Shown piece after piece: positions 1 to 10,487 of a stretch of DNA of 25,447 nt. Numbering within the stretch: position 1 is the stretch's first letter; the number at the start of each line of letters is the position of its first letter. The notes under the pieces were generated by a model. The model had not been told where the DNA came from, made no database searches, and worked only from the letters and a program-made list of their open reading frames with translations. The translations under genes were made by a program, and so were the position numbers. This stretch comes from Octopus sinensis. Lineage: Eukaryota. The stretch is from assembly GCF_006345805.1 (NCBI RefSeq), contig NW_021834768.1:1-25447 (forward strand), read 5' to 3'.

Positions 1-54
1 TAGAAAATTAGCCATGGAATCCCCTTAAGGGGATTCCCTTTAAGGGTCATAAAG

Positions 55-556
55 GGCACCAAATGGAAACCATTGGTCAAGTCGAGCAAAGCAACCCAAG
101 ACATATTTTCTTTAAATCTTCTACTTAAACGATCGACTTTTTTTTTCAAGGGGAAATATAAAAACACCGATTGTCAAATGGGCGGGGGTAGGGGACATAC
201 ACAAAGACAACCCCGCAAACTCCTTGACACGCATCCCTCCGCGCGCGCTCGCGCGCACACAGATACCCGCACATATACATACATATACACATACAAACAC
301 ATATGTATGTATGTATGTATGTATGTATGGATGGATGGATGGATGGATGGATGGATGGATGGATGGATGGATGGATGGATGGATGGATGGATGGATGGAT
401 GGATGCATACCAGGTATTTTATCCAGTTAGAGTCTACTAAACCCACTCACAAGGCTTTTGTCAGCACCGGGTTAAAGTAGAAGATACCCAAAGTATCATA
501 CAGTGGGGCTGAACGCGGAAACATTTGGTTGGGAAGCGAGCTTCTTACACCAACAA
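55..556 (-). mobile_element. Diverged copy of tRNA-derived SINE family A with expanded internal microsatellite
   Basis: 55-230 resembles the 3' half of the SINE-A copies at 4120/6140 (gtcgagcaaa...ccgattgtcaa...ggggacatacacaaagaca). 424-556 resembles the 5' half (cccactcacaaggctttt...gctgaacgcggaaac...gcttcttacacc). They are separated by (TACA/TATG/TGGA)n. Confidence 0.6.
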
Positions 557-565
557 CCAGGCAAC

Positions 566-1560
<995 letters not shown>

Positions 1561-1569
1561 TATGTATGG

Positions 1570-1602
<33 letters not shown>

Positions 1603-1744
1603 GCATATATGCGCGCACACACACACACACACAGACATATATATATGCGTCCATTTTACCAGTATAGCCAGTTGTGTGTGACCATATTGGGGCACTTTTA
1701 TCAACACAAATTCTACGTAATAGCACGTATACACATATTCGAGT

Positions 1745-2032
1745 TTGTGTGTGTGTGTGTGTGCGCTCACGCACTTGTGCTTGTGTGTGTGTGTGTGTAA
1801 ACGTGTGTGTGAATATGGACACTTCCATAAGCATATTATGTGTATATGCATATACACACCAGAGTATGTGTGTGTGTATATATGTGCATGTTTGTGTGCC
1901 AATCTTAATTTAGGTTTATATGTGTGTGTGTGTGTGTGTCTACGTGTGTGTGAGTGGTTTTATGCATTGAGCAAGTGTGTCACTGGAATAATCTCTATTT
2001 ATCAAATGATGACATAAGATTGTGTGTGTGTA

Positions 2033-2074
<42 letters not shown>

Positions 2075-2248
2075 TGTATGTGTGTGTGTGTGTGTGTGCA
2101 CACTGACCTGCATTATGGAGAGCAGCACTGTCTTATTTGTACATGGCATGGGGAGAGGGGGGTCCATTAATTTTTCACACAGCGTGTGAATGTATCGCTT
2201 GCTGTGTGATTATATTGCAATCAGCGCCACATAGAGACGTACACACGG

Positions 2249-2295
<47 letters not shown>

Positions 2296-2750
2296 ATGAG
2301 GAGGGGGAACGAGAGAGAGAGAAGATGGAGGAAAAGAGATAGAGAAAGGAAAAGAAGAAAGAGGAAGTGTTACGCATGCTCGCAAATGCAAACCCATCCA
2401 CTTATAATGTATTTATCTACATGTGCTGCCGTCTACTTAATGATATACGCCACATATGTATACGTAATACACATATACACACATACTCAAAACGTGTATA
2501 TATACATATATATATATTATATATATTTGAGAAAGAGAGGAGGTAAGGAATGCCTATATACACACACATACAGACACACACACATATGTATGTATGTATA
2601 TGTATGTATGTATGTATGTATGTGTATGTATGTATGTGTGTATGTATGTATGTATGTATGTATGTGTGTATGTATGTATGTATGCATGTATGTATGTATG
2701 TATGTGTGTATGTATGTATGTATGTATGTAGGTATGTATGTATGTAGCAA
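1745..2750. repeat. Patchy (TG)n, (GAAA)n and (TATG)n microsatellites
   Basis: (TG)n at 1745-2100, (GAAA)n/purine run at ~2247-2368, (TATG)n at ~2585-2745. Confidence 0.9.
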
Positions 2751-2920
2751 TGTTTGTCTTTATGTTGAGTGATGATAAAAAAACAGCATAAATTGTACAA
2801 GATTCTTGTTAAGGAGCAGTAATACTATCCAAGAAGAATGATATTGTTGTTAGTGACATCGAAGTTTCGGCCAGCTAAACCTTTATCTGACAGTCTCCTG
2901 CAGGTTTATATATATATATA

Positions 2921-3193
2921 ACAGCTCTTTAACATCTTCCCTAAATGCCTGAGAGACTTGCATGGTGTGGATGTGGGTTTCTTTAAAACTAAACAGGATC
3001 TCTTCTTATCGGGGGTCCCAGATGAACCTACCTCACGACAGGAGACACAGATGCGGGCAGCGGCATCGAACTACCTTGTTGACCAAGTGCCACGTATCAG
3101 AGGTGGATTCACATATTAGTGTAGATCATTCAGCGGTGGTGCCCCAGCATGGCCACGGCCTTCGGGCTAAAACATTTTTAAGGACTTTAAGAG
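2921..3193 (+). mobile_element. 5'-truncated LINE 3' end (CR1/L2-like ORF2 C-terminus plus 3' UTR) inserted in a TA microsatellite
   Basis: Frame 2922-3119 (not in the ORF track) reads QLFNIFPKCLRDLHGVDVGFFKTKQDLFLSGVPDEPTSRQETQMRAAASNYLVDQVPRIRGGFTY*. This matches the LFNxLP..LR..FK..LD.FL..VPDEP..RAA.SN.L.DQ end typical of invertebrate CR1-group RT ORFs. The 3' UTR contains GGTGCCCCAGCATGGCC. (TA)n lies on both sides. Confidence 0.75.
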
Positions 3194-3246
3194 ATATATA
3201 ATATATATATATATATATACGAGAAAGAAGCAACAGATGGATTAGT

Positions 3247-3337
3247 TTTTAGTACAATTGTTTCATACAAAGACAGACTTTATTACAAGTTGCAAAAATT
3301 GCAGCAGATAAAAGTGTCCCGTACTCATCAGCTAAAA
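3247..3337 (-). ncRNA. Type I hammerhead ribozyme motif (left-arm copy)
   Basis: Reverse complement of the 3781-3871 motif; differs by one substitution in the stem II extension. Confidence 0.75.
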
Positions 3338-3780
3338 TACATATGAGTTCTCCAAACATCTTAGTGGGTGAGGTTATACTCATGAAGTAATGGAGATAAT
3401 TTCATTAAAAGCAGATTTAGGTTGTAAACAATTTTCCAAAGTTCCTTAATAATGATGCACAGTCTTATCACAGATTTTTAAAAACTTATTAGTTTCGAAG
3501 AGAAGATGAATCAATCCATAGTGTAGATTTAAATTTCCAGAGATATGAGGAGGATGATGCACATCCTCCTCATATCTCTGGAAATTTAAATCTACACTAC
3601 GGATTAATTCACCTTCTCTATGAAGCTAATAAGCTTTTAAGAACCTGGGATAAGACTGTGCATCATCATTAAGGAACTTTGGAAATCTGTTTGCAACCTA
3701 AATCTGCCTTTAATGAAATTATCTCCATTACTTCATGAGTATAACCTCACCCACTAAGATGTTTGGAGAACTCATATGTA

Positions 3781-3871
3781 TTTTAGCTGATGAGTACGGG
3801 ACACTTTTATCTGCTGCAATTTTTGCAACTTGTAGTAAAGTCTGTCTTTGTATGAAACAATTGTACTAAAA
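3781..3871 (+). ncRNA. Type I hammerhead ribozyme motif with palindromic minimal stem III (right-arm copy)
   Basis: Stem I TTTTAG 3781-86 / CTAAAA 3866-71; core CTGATGA 3787-93; long stem II (GTAC../..GTAT, capped by TGCAA-ttt-TTGCA); GAAA 3854-57; stem III C-AATT-G within the palindrome ACAATTGT; cleavage triplet GTA 3863-65. Confidence 0.75.
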
Positions 3872-4017
3872 ACTAATCCATTCTTGTTGCTTCTTTCTCG
3901 TTTATAATCACCTCACATTACTGTATGGTTAACACCATATTGTTTTTCTGGTGCATCTAAGTTAAGTACCACATTCAAGTAAATTCATTGGAATTGACTT
4001 GAATCTTAATTACTTTG

Positions 4018-4063
<46 letters not shown>

Positions 4064-4119
4064 TAAATAAATGGAGTTAAACAAAGGATAATTCATTCAT
4101 CCATTTAAATATATATATA

Positions 4120-4520
4120 GGCGCAGGAGTGGCTGTGTAGTAAGTAGCTTGCTTACGAACCACATGGTTCCGGGTTCAGTCCCACTGCATGGCACCTTGG
4201 GAAAGTGTCTTCTACTATAGCCTCGGGCCGACCAAAGCCTTGTGAGTGGATTTGGTAGACGGAAACTGAAAGAAGCCCGTCGTATATATGTGTATATATA
4301 TATATATATGTATATGTTTGTGTGTTGTGTTTATCCCCCCCAACATCGCTTGACAACCGATGCTGGTGTGTTTACGTCCCCGTAACATAGCGGTTCGGCA
4401 AAAAAGACCGATAGAATAAGTACTAGGCTTACAAAGAATAAGTGCTGGGGTCGATTTTCTCGACTAAAGGCGGTGCTCCAGCATGGCCACAGACAAATGA
4501 CTGAAACAAATAAGGAGTAA
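4120..4520 (+). mobile_element. Full-length SINE family A
   Basis: tRNA-like head (GGCGCAGGAGTGGCTGTGT, A-box-like; GGTTCAGTCCC, B-box-like), body ..ccttgggaaagtgtcttc..gaaactgaaagaagcccgtcg, internal (TA/TG)n, tail GGTGCTCCAGCATGGCC..GACTGAAAC. Repeated many times in the window. Confidence 0.9.
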
Positions 4521-4596
4521 ATGAGTGTATATATATATATATATATCTGTATATATACAAATATATATATATTATATATATATATATATATATATC

Positions 4597-4628
<32 letters not shown>

Positions 4629-4787
4629 CACAGACACACAGACACACACACATACATACAGATATATATATATATATGTTTGCGTGCATCACCAAGTGTA
4701 TATATACCCATTCTCATATGTATGCGTATAAGCGTATGCATTAAGCAGCATCGTCTCGTGTGTATTCTGCCTCGCGTACACCGATGA

Positions 4788-4907
4788 ATCCACTCATGGT
4801 CAGCCCGAGGCTATAGTAGACGACACTTGCCTGAGGTGCCATACAGAGAGACTGAACCCGGAACCATATGGTTGCGAAGCAAGTTTCTTACCACACAGAC
4901 ACTCCTT
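4788..4907 (-). mobile_element. SINE-A 5' half fragment
   Basis: ggctatagtagacgacacttgcc...gactgaacccggaacc...ttcttaccacacagacactcc matches the reverse complement of 4120-4250. Confidence 0.8.
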
Positions 4908-5396
4908 GATGCAACGACAAAGATATTTATGCCCACTTTAATGCGTTCCAGTACACTAAAATGAAAGGCATCTGCTGCGGGATTTTGTCTCGACGTAAAA
5001 GTTTTTCATTGAGCAATTTGCTGTCCTTTGGTTTTTCTGCCAGCTCTTTACCTTTCCAAATTTTACTTTTCATTGTTGCGGTGATCGATAATAACATACA
5101 ACTGAAGGGGGTCGATGTTACCGACTATACCGACTCCTTAATTTTCTGTCCTTGCGCTGATATTAGATGTATTTCGTTACACCGATGGCTATACTGTTAA
5201 AGCTCCATAATCTCAGGCGTGATTCAACGAACTTTGGACAAACTATTCTGTCTCAGAACTCAACGAGTTGGTCATCAGATATCTGGGTTTTCGTTATCTA
5301 ATGAATCGTTACATCGTTTTTTTTCTTTCTTTCACACAAATCCTAAGTGATTTCATCTGGGACCATGTGTTGTAGTGTTGAAATTCAAACAACGAC

Positions 5397-5589
5397 AGCG
5401 TGGAAGGCACATATTAGCCATACAAAAACACACAGAAACTGCTAATTTCGCTCCACTACCTCAAAGCAGTGAAATCGCGGTCGTTATCAGATCGCAGATG
5501 GGGCAACGAAGATCTTGACACCAAATGGCAAACGTTTAAATTAATAGTCTTTGTGTATTTCTGAATGGCTGATATGTGTCTTCCACGCT
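5397..5589. mobile_element. MITE-like element with ~40-50-bp imperfect terminal inverted repeats
   Basis: agcgtggaaggcacatattagccatacaaaaacacaca (5397-5434) vs tgtgtatttctgaatggctgatatgtgtcttccacgct (5552-5589), about 5 mismatches; weaker pairing continues to ~5447/5538. No TSD found. Confidence 0.5.
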
Positions 5590-6139
5590 ACAAATCCTTT
5601 ATAATTTGAGCAAAATTTAGCTACTATATGTATATTGGTTGTCCTGGTAACGTTTTACTGCTGTCATGACAACCAACGTTATTTCTTCTTTAAGTATAAA
5701 TTTGAAAGTTGAGTTGAAATGTCAAGGAGGAATATATAAATAGCATGTGTAACACTTCCCTAGTTATGCTACCGTCTGCAGAGCCTGATTTGGTCGATTC
5801 GGTGTAGTTCTGAGCCTGCAGCTTTGAATTAGCAAAATGTAAAATCAGACATACTCCAACTGTGACGTCCTCATTTTTTTTAAAAGATGCTCGGTTGTGA
5901 TTTAAATGCAATGAGGTTACCATTTCATATAACCAAATGCATGAGATTTCCTTAATTATATTAGCACCGACACTGCCTGATTTGATTGTTTCGTTATGGT
6001 TTGATTCAGGTCAGCTTCGATTCAATAAACATCGAATCAAAAGTGCTCCAGCCCTGCCCACCTTGTCTTTTCTAAAACATCATGTGATTTGAGGAAAATA
6101 TGGTTTCTTGTTGGTATCGAATGTAACCAACATATATTC

Positions 6140-6550
6140 TTTATTTTCTTTTATTCTTTTACTGGTTTCAGTCATTTGACTGCGGCCATGCTGGAGCACC
6201 GCCTTTAGTCGAGCAAATCGATCCCGGGACTTATTCTTTGTAAGCCCAGTACTTATTCTATCGGTCTTTTTTGCCGAACCGCTAAGTGACGGGGACGTAA
6301 ACACACCAGCATCGATTGTCAAGCAATGCTAGGGGGACAATCACAGACACACAAACACACACACACATACATATATATACATATATACGACGGGCTTCTT
6401 TCAGTTTCCGTCTACCAAATCCACTCACAAGGCATTGGTCGACCCGGGGCTATAGCAGAAGACACTTGCCCAAGATGCCACGCAGTGGGACTGAACCCGG
6501 AACCATGTGATTGGTTAGCAAGCTACTTACCACACAGCCACTCCTGCACC
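6140..6550 (-). mobile_element. Full-length SINE family A
   Basis: Near reverse complement of 4120-4520 throughout, including head, internal CA/TA repeat and tail. Confidence 0.9.
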
Positions 6551-6589
6551 ATATATATATCATTTCCCTAAATGTTATCGTCTACAGCG

Positions 6590-6972
6590 GAGGCGCAATG
6601 GCCCAGTGGTTAGGGCAGCGGACTCGGGGTCGTAGGATCGCGGTTTCGATTCCCAGACCGGCGTTGCGAGTGTTTATTGAGCGAAAACACCTAAAGCTCC
6701 ACGAGGCTCCGGCAGGGGATGGTGGTGATCCCTGCTGTACTCTTTCACCACAACTTTCTCTCACTCTTTCTTCCTGTTTCTGTTGTACCTGTATTTCAAA
6801 GGGCCGGCCTTGTCACTCTCTGTGTCACGCTGAATATCCCCGAGAACTACGTTAATGGTACACGTGTCTGTGGAGTGCTCAGCCACTTACACGTTAATTT
6901 CACGAGCAGGCTGTTCCGTTGAACGGATCAACCGGAACCCTCGTCGTCGTAACCGACGGAGTGCTTCCATCC
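6590..6972 (+). mobile_element. Full-length tRNA-derived SINE family C with 13-bp target-site duplication
   Basis: A-box TGGCCCAGTGG and B-box-like GGTTTCGATTCCC; tail ends in (CCAT). The direct repeat ATCGTCTACAGCG flanks it at 6577-6589 and 6973-6985. Confidence 0.85.
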
Positions 6973-7197
6973 ATCGTCTACAGCGTTTGATCGGACCATT
7001 CTTTTGCACTTTCATTCTGCAAACACCGTTTCCTAAAGCTATCCACTCGTACTCTCCTGTCTCTTCTTAGAAAGCTCTTGTTTGGGGGAGGTGGCGTGGT
7101 TACTGTTCGGATTCCTTGTCTCAGTTTTATAGAAGGGCCAGGTGACAGCGGTTTTATAAAGCTATCAGCTATTAGTACATACGACTGGTATCATAGA

Positions 7198-7434
7198 AGG
7201 TGGAGGGCTGGCAGAAACGTTAGCGCACCGGGCGAAATGCTTAGCGGTATTTCGTTTGCCGTTACGTTCTGAGTTCAAATTCTGCCGTTGTTGACTTTGC
7301 CTTTCATCCTTTCGGGTTCGATAAATTAAGGACCAGTTATGCACTGGGGTCGATATAATCGACTTAATCCGTTTGTCTGTCCTTGTTTGTCCTCTCTGTG
7401 TTTAGCCCCTTGTGGGTTGTAAAGAAATAGGTAT
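7198..7434 (+). mobile_element. Full-length SINE family B
   Basis: Head ..gctggcagaaacgttagc..gagttcaaattc, central gactttgcctttcatcctttcggg..gataaa, tail ..gtaaagaaatagg. Reverse-complement match to 15251-15485. Confidence 0.85.
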
Positions 7435-7816
7435 CATAGCGCGCGCTCTTTGACCATTCACAGACTTGCCCTGAGGCGTGCACTGAGCTGTGGCCTAGTG
7501 TTTAACATGTTTACTTTGCAATCAAGAGGTGCATGGTTCGAGCCTGATATTAGCATCAGGGATAAATATATTTTATTGTAACTCCATGTTGATTCTGTCT
7601 TTCGTTTTTATGAAAATAAATAATGATAATTTATCTATAATTCAAAGTTTCAGACATGCCACCCATATTGTCGCGCTAATTATGGCTAAGTCGTGTGTGA
7701 AGGTTACACATATCTGTGAAATACTCTGCCACATAGAGCCAATGTAATGAAGTAGTTTAGTTGATCCAAACACAAGAAAACTCGTCGCCGAAAGTGACGG
7801 AGGATCCATTAACAGT

Positions 7817-8062
7817 AACTCCTTTACTCTTTTACTTGTTTCAGTCATTTGACTGCGGCCATGCAGGAGCACCGCCTTTAATCCAACAAATCCACCCCAG
7901 CACTTATTCTGTATAAGCCTAGTACTTATTCTGGCGATCTCTTTTGCCGAACCGCTAAATGACGGGGACGTAAACACACCAGCATCGGTTGTCAAGCAAT
8001 GTTGGGGGACAAACACAGACACACAAACATATACACACACACACATACATAAATACATACAT

Positions 8063-8116
<54 letters not shown>

Positions 8117-8269
8117 TATATATATATAAATACGATGGGCTTCTTTCAGTTCCCGTCCACCAAATCCACTCACAAGGCTTTGGTCGGCCCGAGGTGCCAC
8201 GCAGTGGGACTGAACCTAGGACCATGTGGTTGGTAAGCAAGCTACTTACCACACAGCCACTCCTGCGCC
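7817..8269 (-). mobile_element. SINE family A with ~26-bp internal deletion
   Basis: Matches 6140-6550, but cccgagg is joined directly to tgccacgcag, lacking ctatagtagaagacacttgcccaagg (AGG microhomology). Confidence 0.88.
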
Positions 8270-8554
8270 TATAAATAAGTGTAATGCTATTTCACACGAC
8301 AGTATTGTTTTGATAAAGAAACCCGTTCATAGCTCAAATCATTTCATAACCCTTTTATAGCACAAATCATTAATAATAGGTTGTAGCAGTGAATGGCAGG
8401 GGGCGTGACCCCTGGTGTCCCGAGTGTTATTGGGCGTTCAAAGTGTTCTACATGGAAGTCTAATATTCATTCGGTTATTGACCGGTGATGGGAACACATG
8501 ACAGACAAAAGTCGTGCAATTACACTGGGTGCCGAAATGTTACATCGTGCATGC

Positions 8555-8810
8555 ACCCCAAGAGGACGTTCAGATCGAGTTATGAGGAATAATGTCAGAA
8601 GATCTGTGATGTAGCAGAACAGCCGAACGGAATGGCAATCTAAACGGAAAGGCATGTTGGAGATACAATGTGGAAGAAGCAAAACAGTTCTATATTTAAG
8701 AGATGAGGAATTATGTACATTATTTACATTATTTACATTGGAGGGATATTTGTCCATATCTTGTATGTTGTTAACACAACGTTTCGGCTGATATACCCTC
8801 CAGCTTCCGT
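8555..8810 (-). mobile_element. Probable Penelope-like repeat fragment with a truncated HHR
   Basis: The minus strand has (A)GCTG-gagggtatat-CAGCC-GAAAC-GTT-GTGTT, but the 5' core reads GTGACGG. The family assignment is from memory of a common octopus repeat. Confidence 0.35.
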
Positions 8811-8835
8811 CACCCTAGTGTGCCCTGGAGTATCC

Positions 8836-9515
8836 TGCTTTGCTTAGGCTTGCTCTGCCCTACTTTGCCCTGCTTTACTATTATTTGTCCTACTTTGCCC
8901 TGCTTTGCCTTGCTTTGTTCTATTTTGCCCTGCTTGCTTCTGCTTTGCCATACTTAGCCCTGTTTTACCCTGTTTTGCCCTGCTTTGTCCTATTATGCCC
9001 TGCTTTGCTTTGCTTTGTTCTAATTTGCCCTGATTTGTCATGCTACCCCCGACTTTGCTCTATTTATCCTGCTTTGTTCTGCTTTGTCCTGCTTTGCCTT
9101 GTTTTGTCCTGCTATGCCATGCTATGCACTTCTTTGCTCTGCTTTGCCCTGCTTTGTCCTGCTATGCCCTGCTTTGCTCTGCTTTGCCCTGTTTTGTCCT
9201 GCTATGCCCTGCTATGCACTTCTTTGCTCTGCTTTGCCCTGCTTTATTCTGCTATGCCCTGCTATGCACTGCTTTGCTCTGCTTTGCTCTGCTTCCCCTG
9301 CTTTCCCCTGCTTTGTCCTGCTATGCCCTGCTATGCCCTGCTTTGCTCTGCTTTGCCCTGTTTTGTCCTGCTATGTCCTGCTATTCCCTGCTTTGTCTTG
9401 CTTTGCCCTGCTTTGTCCTGCTTTGCCCTGCTTTGTCCTGCTATGCCCTGCTATGCACTGCTTTGCTCTGATTTGCCCTGCTATGCCCTGCTTTGCTTTG
9501 CTTTGCCCTGCTAGC
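8836..9515. repeat. Pentamer-based satellite (CTTTG/CCCTG/CTATG) with 10-bp and 90-bp higher-order periodicity
   Basis: Alternating GCT(T/A)T-GYYCT units; the diagnostic block gttttgtcct..gcacttctttg recurs at 9101 and 9191. Confidence 0.9.
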
Positions 9516-9717
9516 ACTACTTGTCCTGTTTCTTACACATACTAATACTTATACCAAAGCTGAAGACGAAAGAATAGGACTTAACAACCTCCTTGACTTT
9601 TTTACCATCCAAGTTCATTTCCCACCAGGGTTGACTTACATTCTCCCACGGATGATAAACAAAAATACCAGACGTGTATTAGGGTTTATTATTTGTCAAC
9701 TATAACTCTCTACGCCC

Positions 9718-9729
9718 ACATGTGTGTGT

Positions 9730-9782
<53 letters not shown>

Positions 9783-10220
9783 TGTTTCTGTGGCGTGGGT
9801 AAGACAACCACTGTTATTGTAAACTATGTTGAAATTGTTGTGGTTGTAGTTATTGATGATGATGATGATAACGGTGATGGTGGTGGAGTTGGTGGTTGCG
9901 GTGATGGTGGTGGTTGTAGTGAAGGTGGTAGTTGTGATGGTGATGGTGACGGTAGTGGTGGGGACGGTAGAGGAGGTGACGGTAGTGGTGGTGATGGTGG
10001 TGGTGATGGTGGTAGTGATGATGATAATGATAATAATAGTGCTGATGATGATGATGATGATGATAATAATAATGATGATAATGAGGAGGAGGAGGATGCT
10101 GATGCTAATGATGCTGATGGTGATGATGCCGATGATGGTGATGATTGTGATCATGAGGAGGGGGAGGAGGACGACGACTGCGATGACGACCACGGCGACC
10201 ACCACTGCTACAACAATGAT
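9718..10220. repeat. (TG)n followed by (GAT/GGT/GAC)n trinucleotide low-complexity tract
   Basis: Directly visible. Confidence 0.9.
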
Positions 10221-10487
10221 GGGATATTTCGTGAACTTTGACCTTTACTTTATCTTTCAACTTTTAACAATTGTGACAGTAGGGGCGTATATTTTAGAGT
10301 GGTGGCAATAATCACCGCAGAGTTGTCGGGTGGTTGCGGCTACGGAGGGTGGTGGGGGTTAGGTCTGTGAGTATGTGCATATGTACACACATATGCACAT
10401 ACACACACATGCAAGTACACATATATACATACATACATGCATAGAGTACGTGTATACTAGGTACATACATGCATGCATATATATGCC

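Larger units (their letters stand above)
3219..3901. mobile_element. ~680-bp foldback palindrome; head-to-head pair of Penelope-like (PLE) terminal segments
   Basis: The left arm (cgagaaagaagcaac...gaggaggatg, 3220-3556) is the reverse complement of the right arm (catcctcctc...gttgcttctttctcg, 3562-3900). The centre is ATGCA (TGCA plus one extra A). Each arm carries an HHR. The PLE assignment is inferred from the HHR type. Confidence 0.8.

Noticed and set aside
2852-2893. HHR-like motif on minus (CAGATAA-A-GG..CC-GAAAC..GTC)
   Set aside because: Two core substitutions and only 2 bp of stem I; at best a dead relic and possibly chance.
2962-3201. Track ORF of 79 aa (MVWMWV..)
   Set aside because: It is a shadow frame of the LINE ORF2 tail, whose recognisable frame is 2922-3119.
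3562-3740. Possible GIY-YIG endonuclease C-terminus in the palindrome arms (..KICDKTVHHY*GTLENCLQPKSAFNE..)
   Set aside because: There is an in-frame stop in both arms and only vague motif similarity; the synonymous excess between arms is not convincing.
3219-3901. CRISPR array or assembly fold-back artefact
   Set aside because: There is no repeat-spacer structure and the context is eukaryotic. The arms differ at about 17 sites, which argues against a read fold-back.
4120-4200. tRNA genes at SINE heads (also ~6590 and ~7200)
   Set aside because: A/B-box-like motifs are present, but I could not draw complete cloverleafs, and each continues into a SINE body.
8840-9545. Cys/Leu-rich 143-224-aa ORFs (metallothionein- or keratin-associated-like)
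   Set aside because: The 5-nt periodicity opens all three plus frames with the same permuted peptide, which is a satellite artefact.
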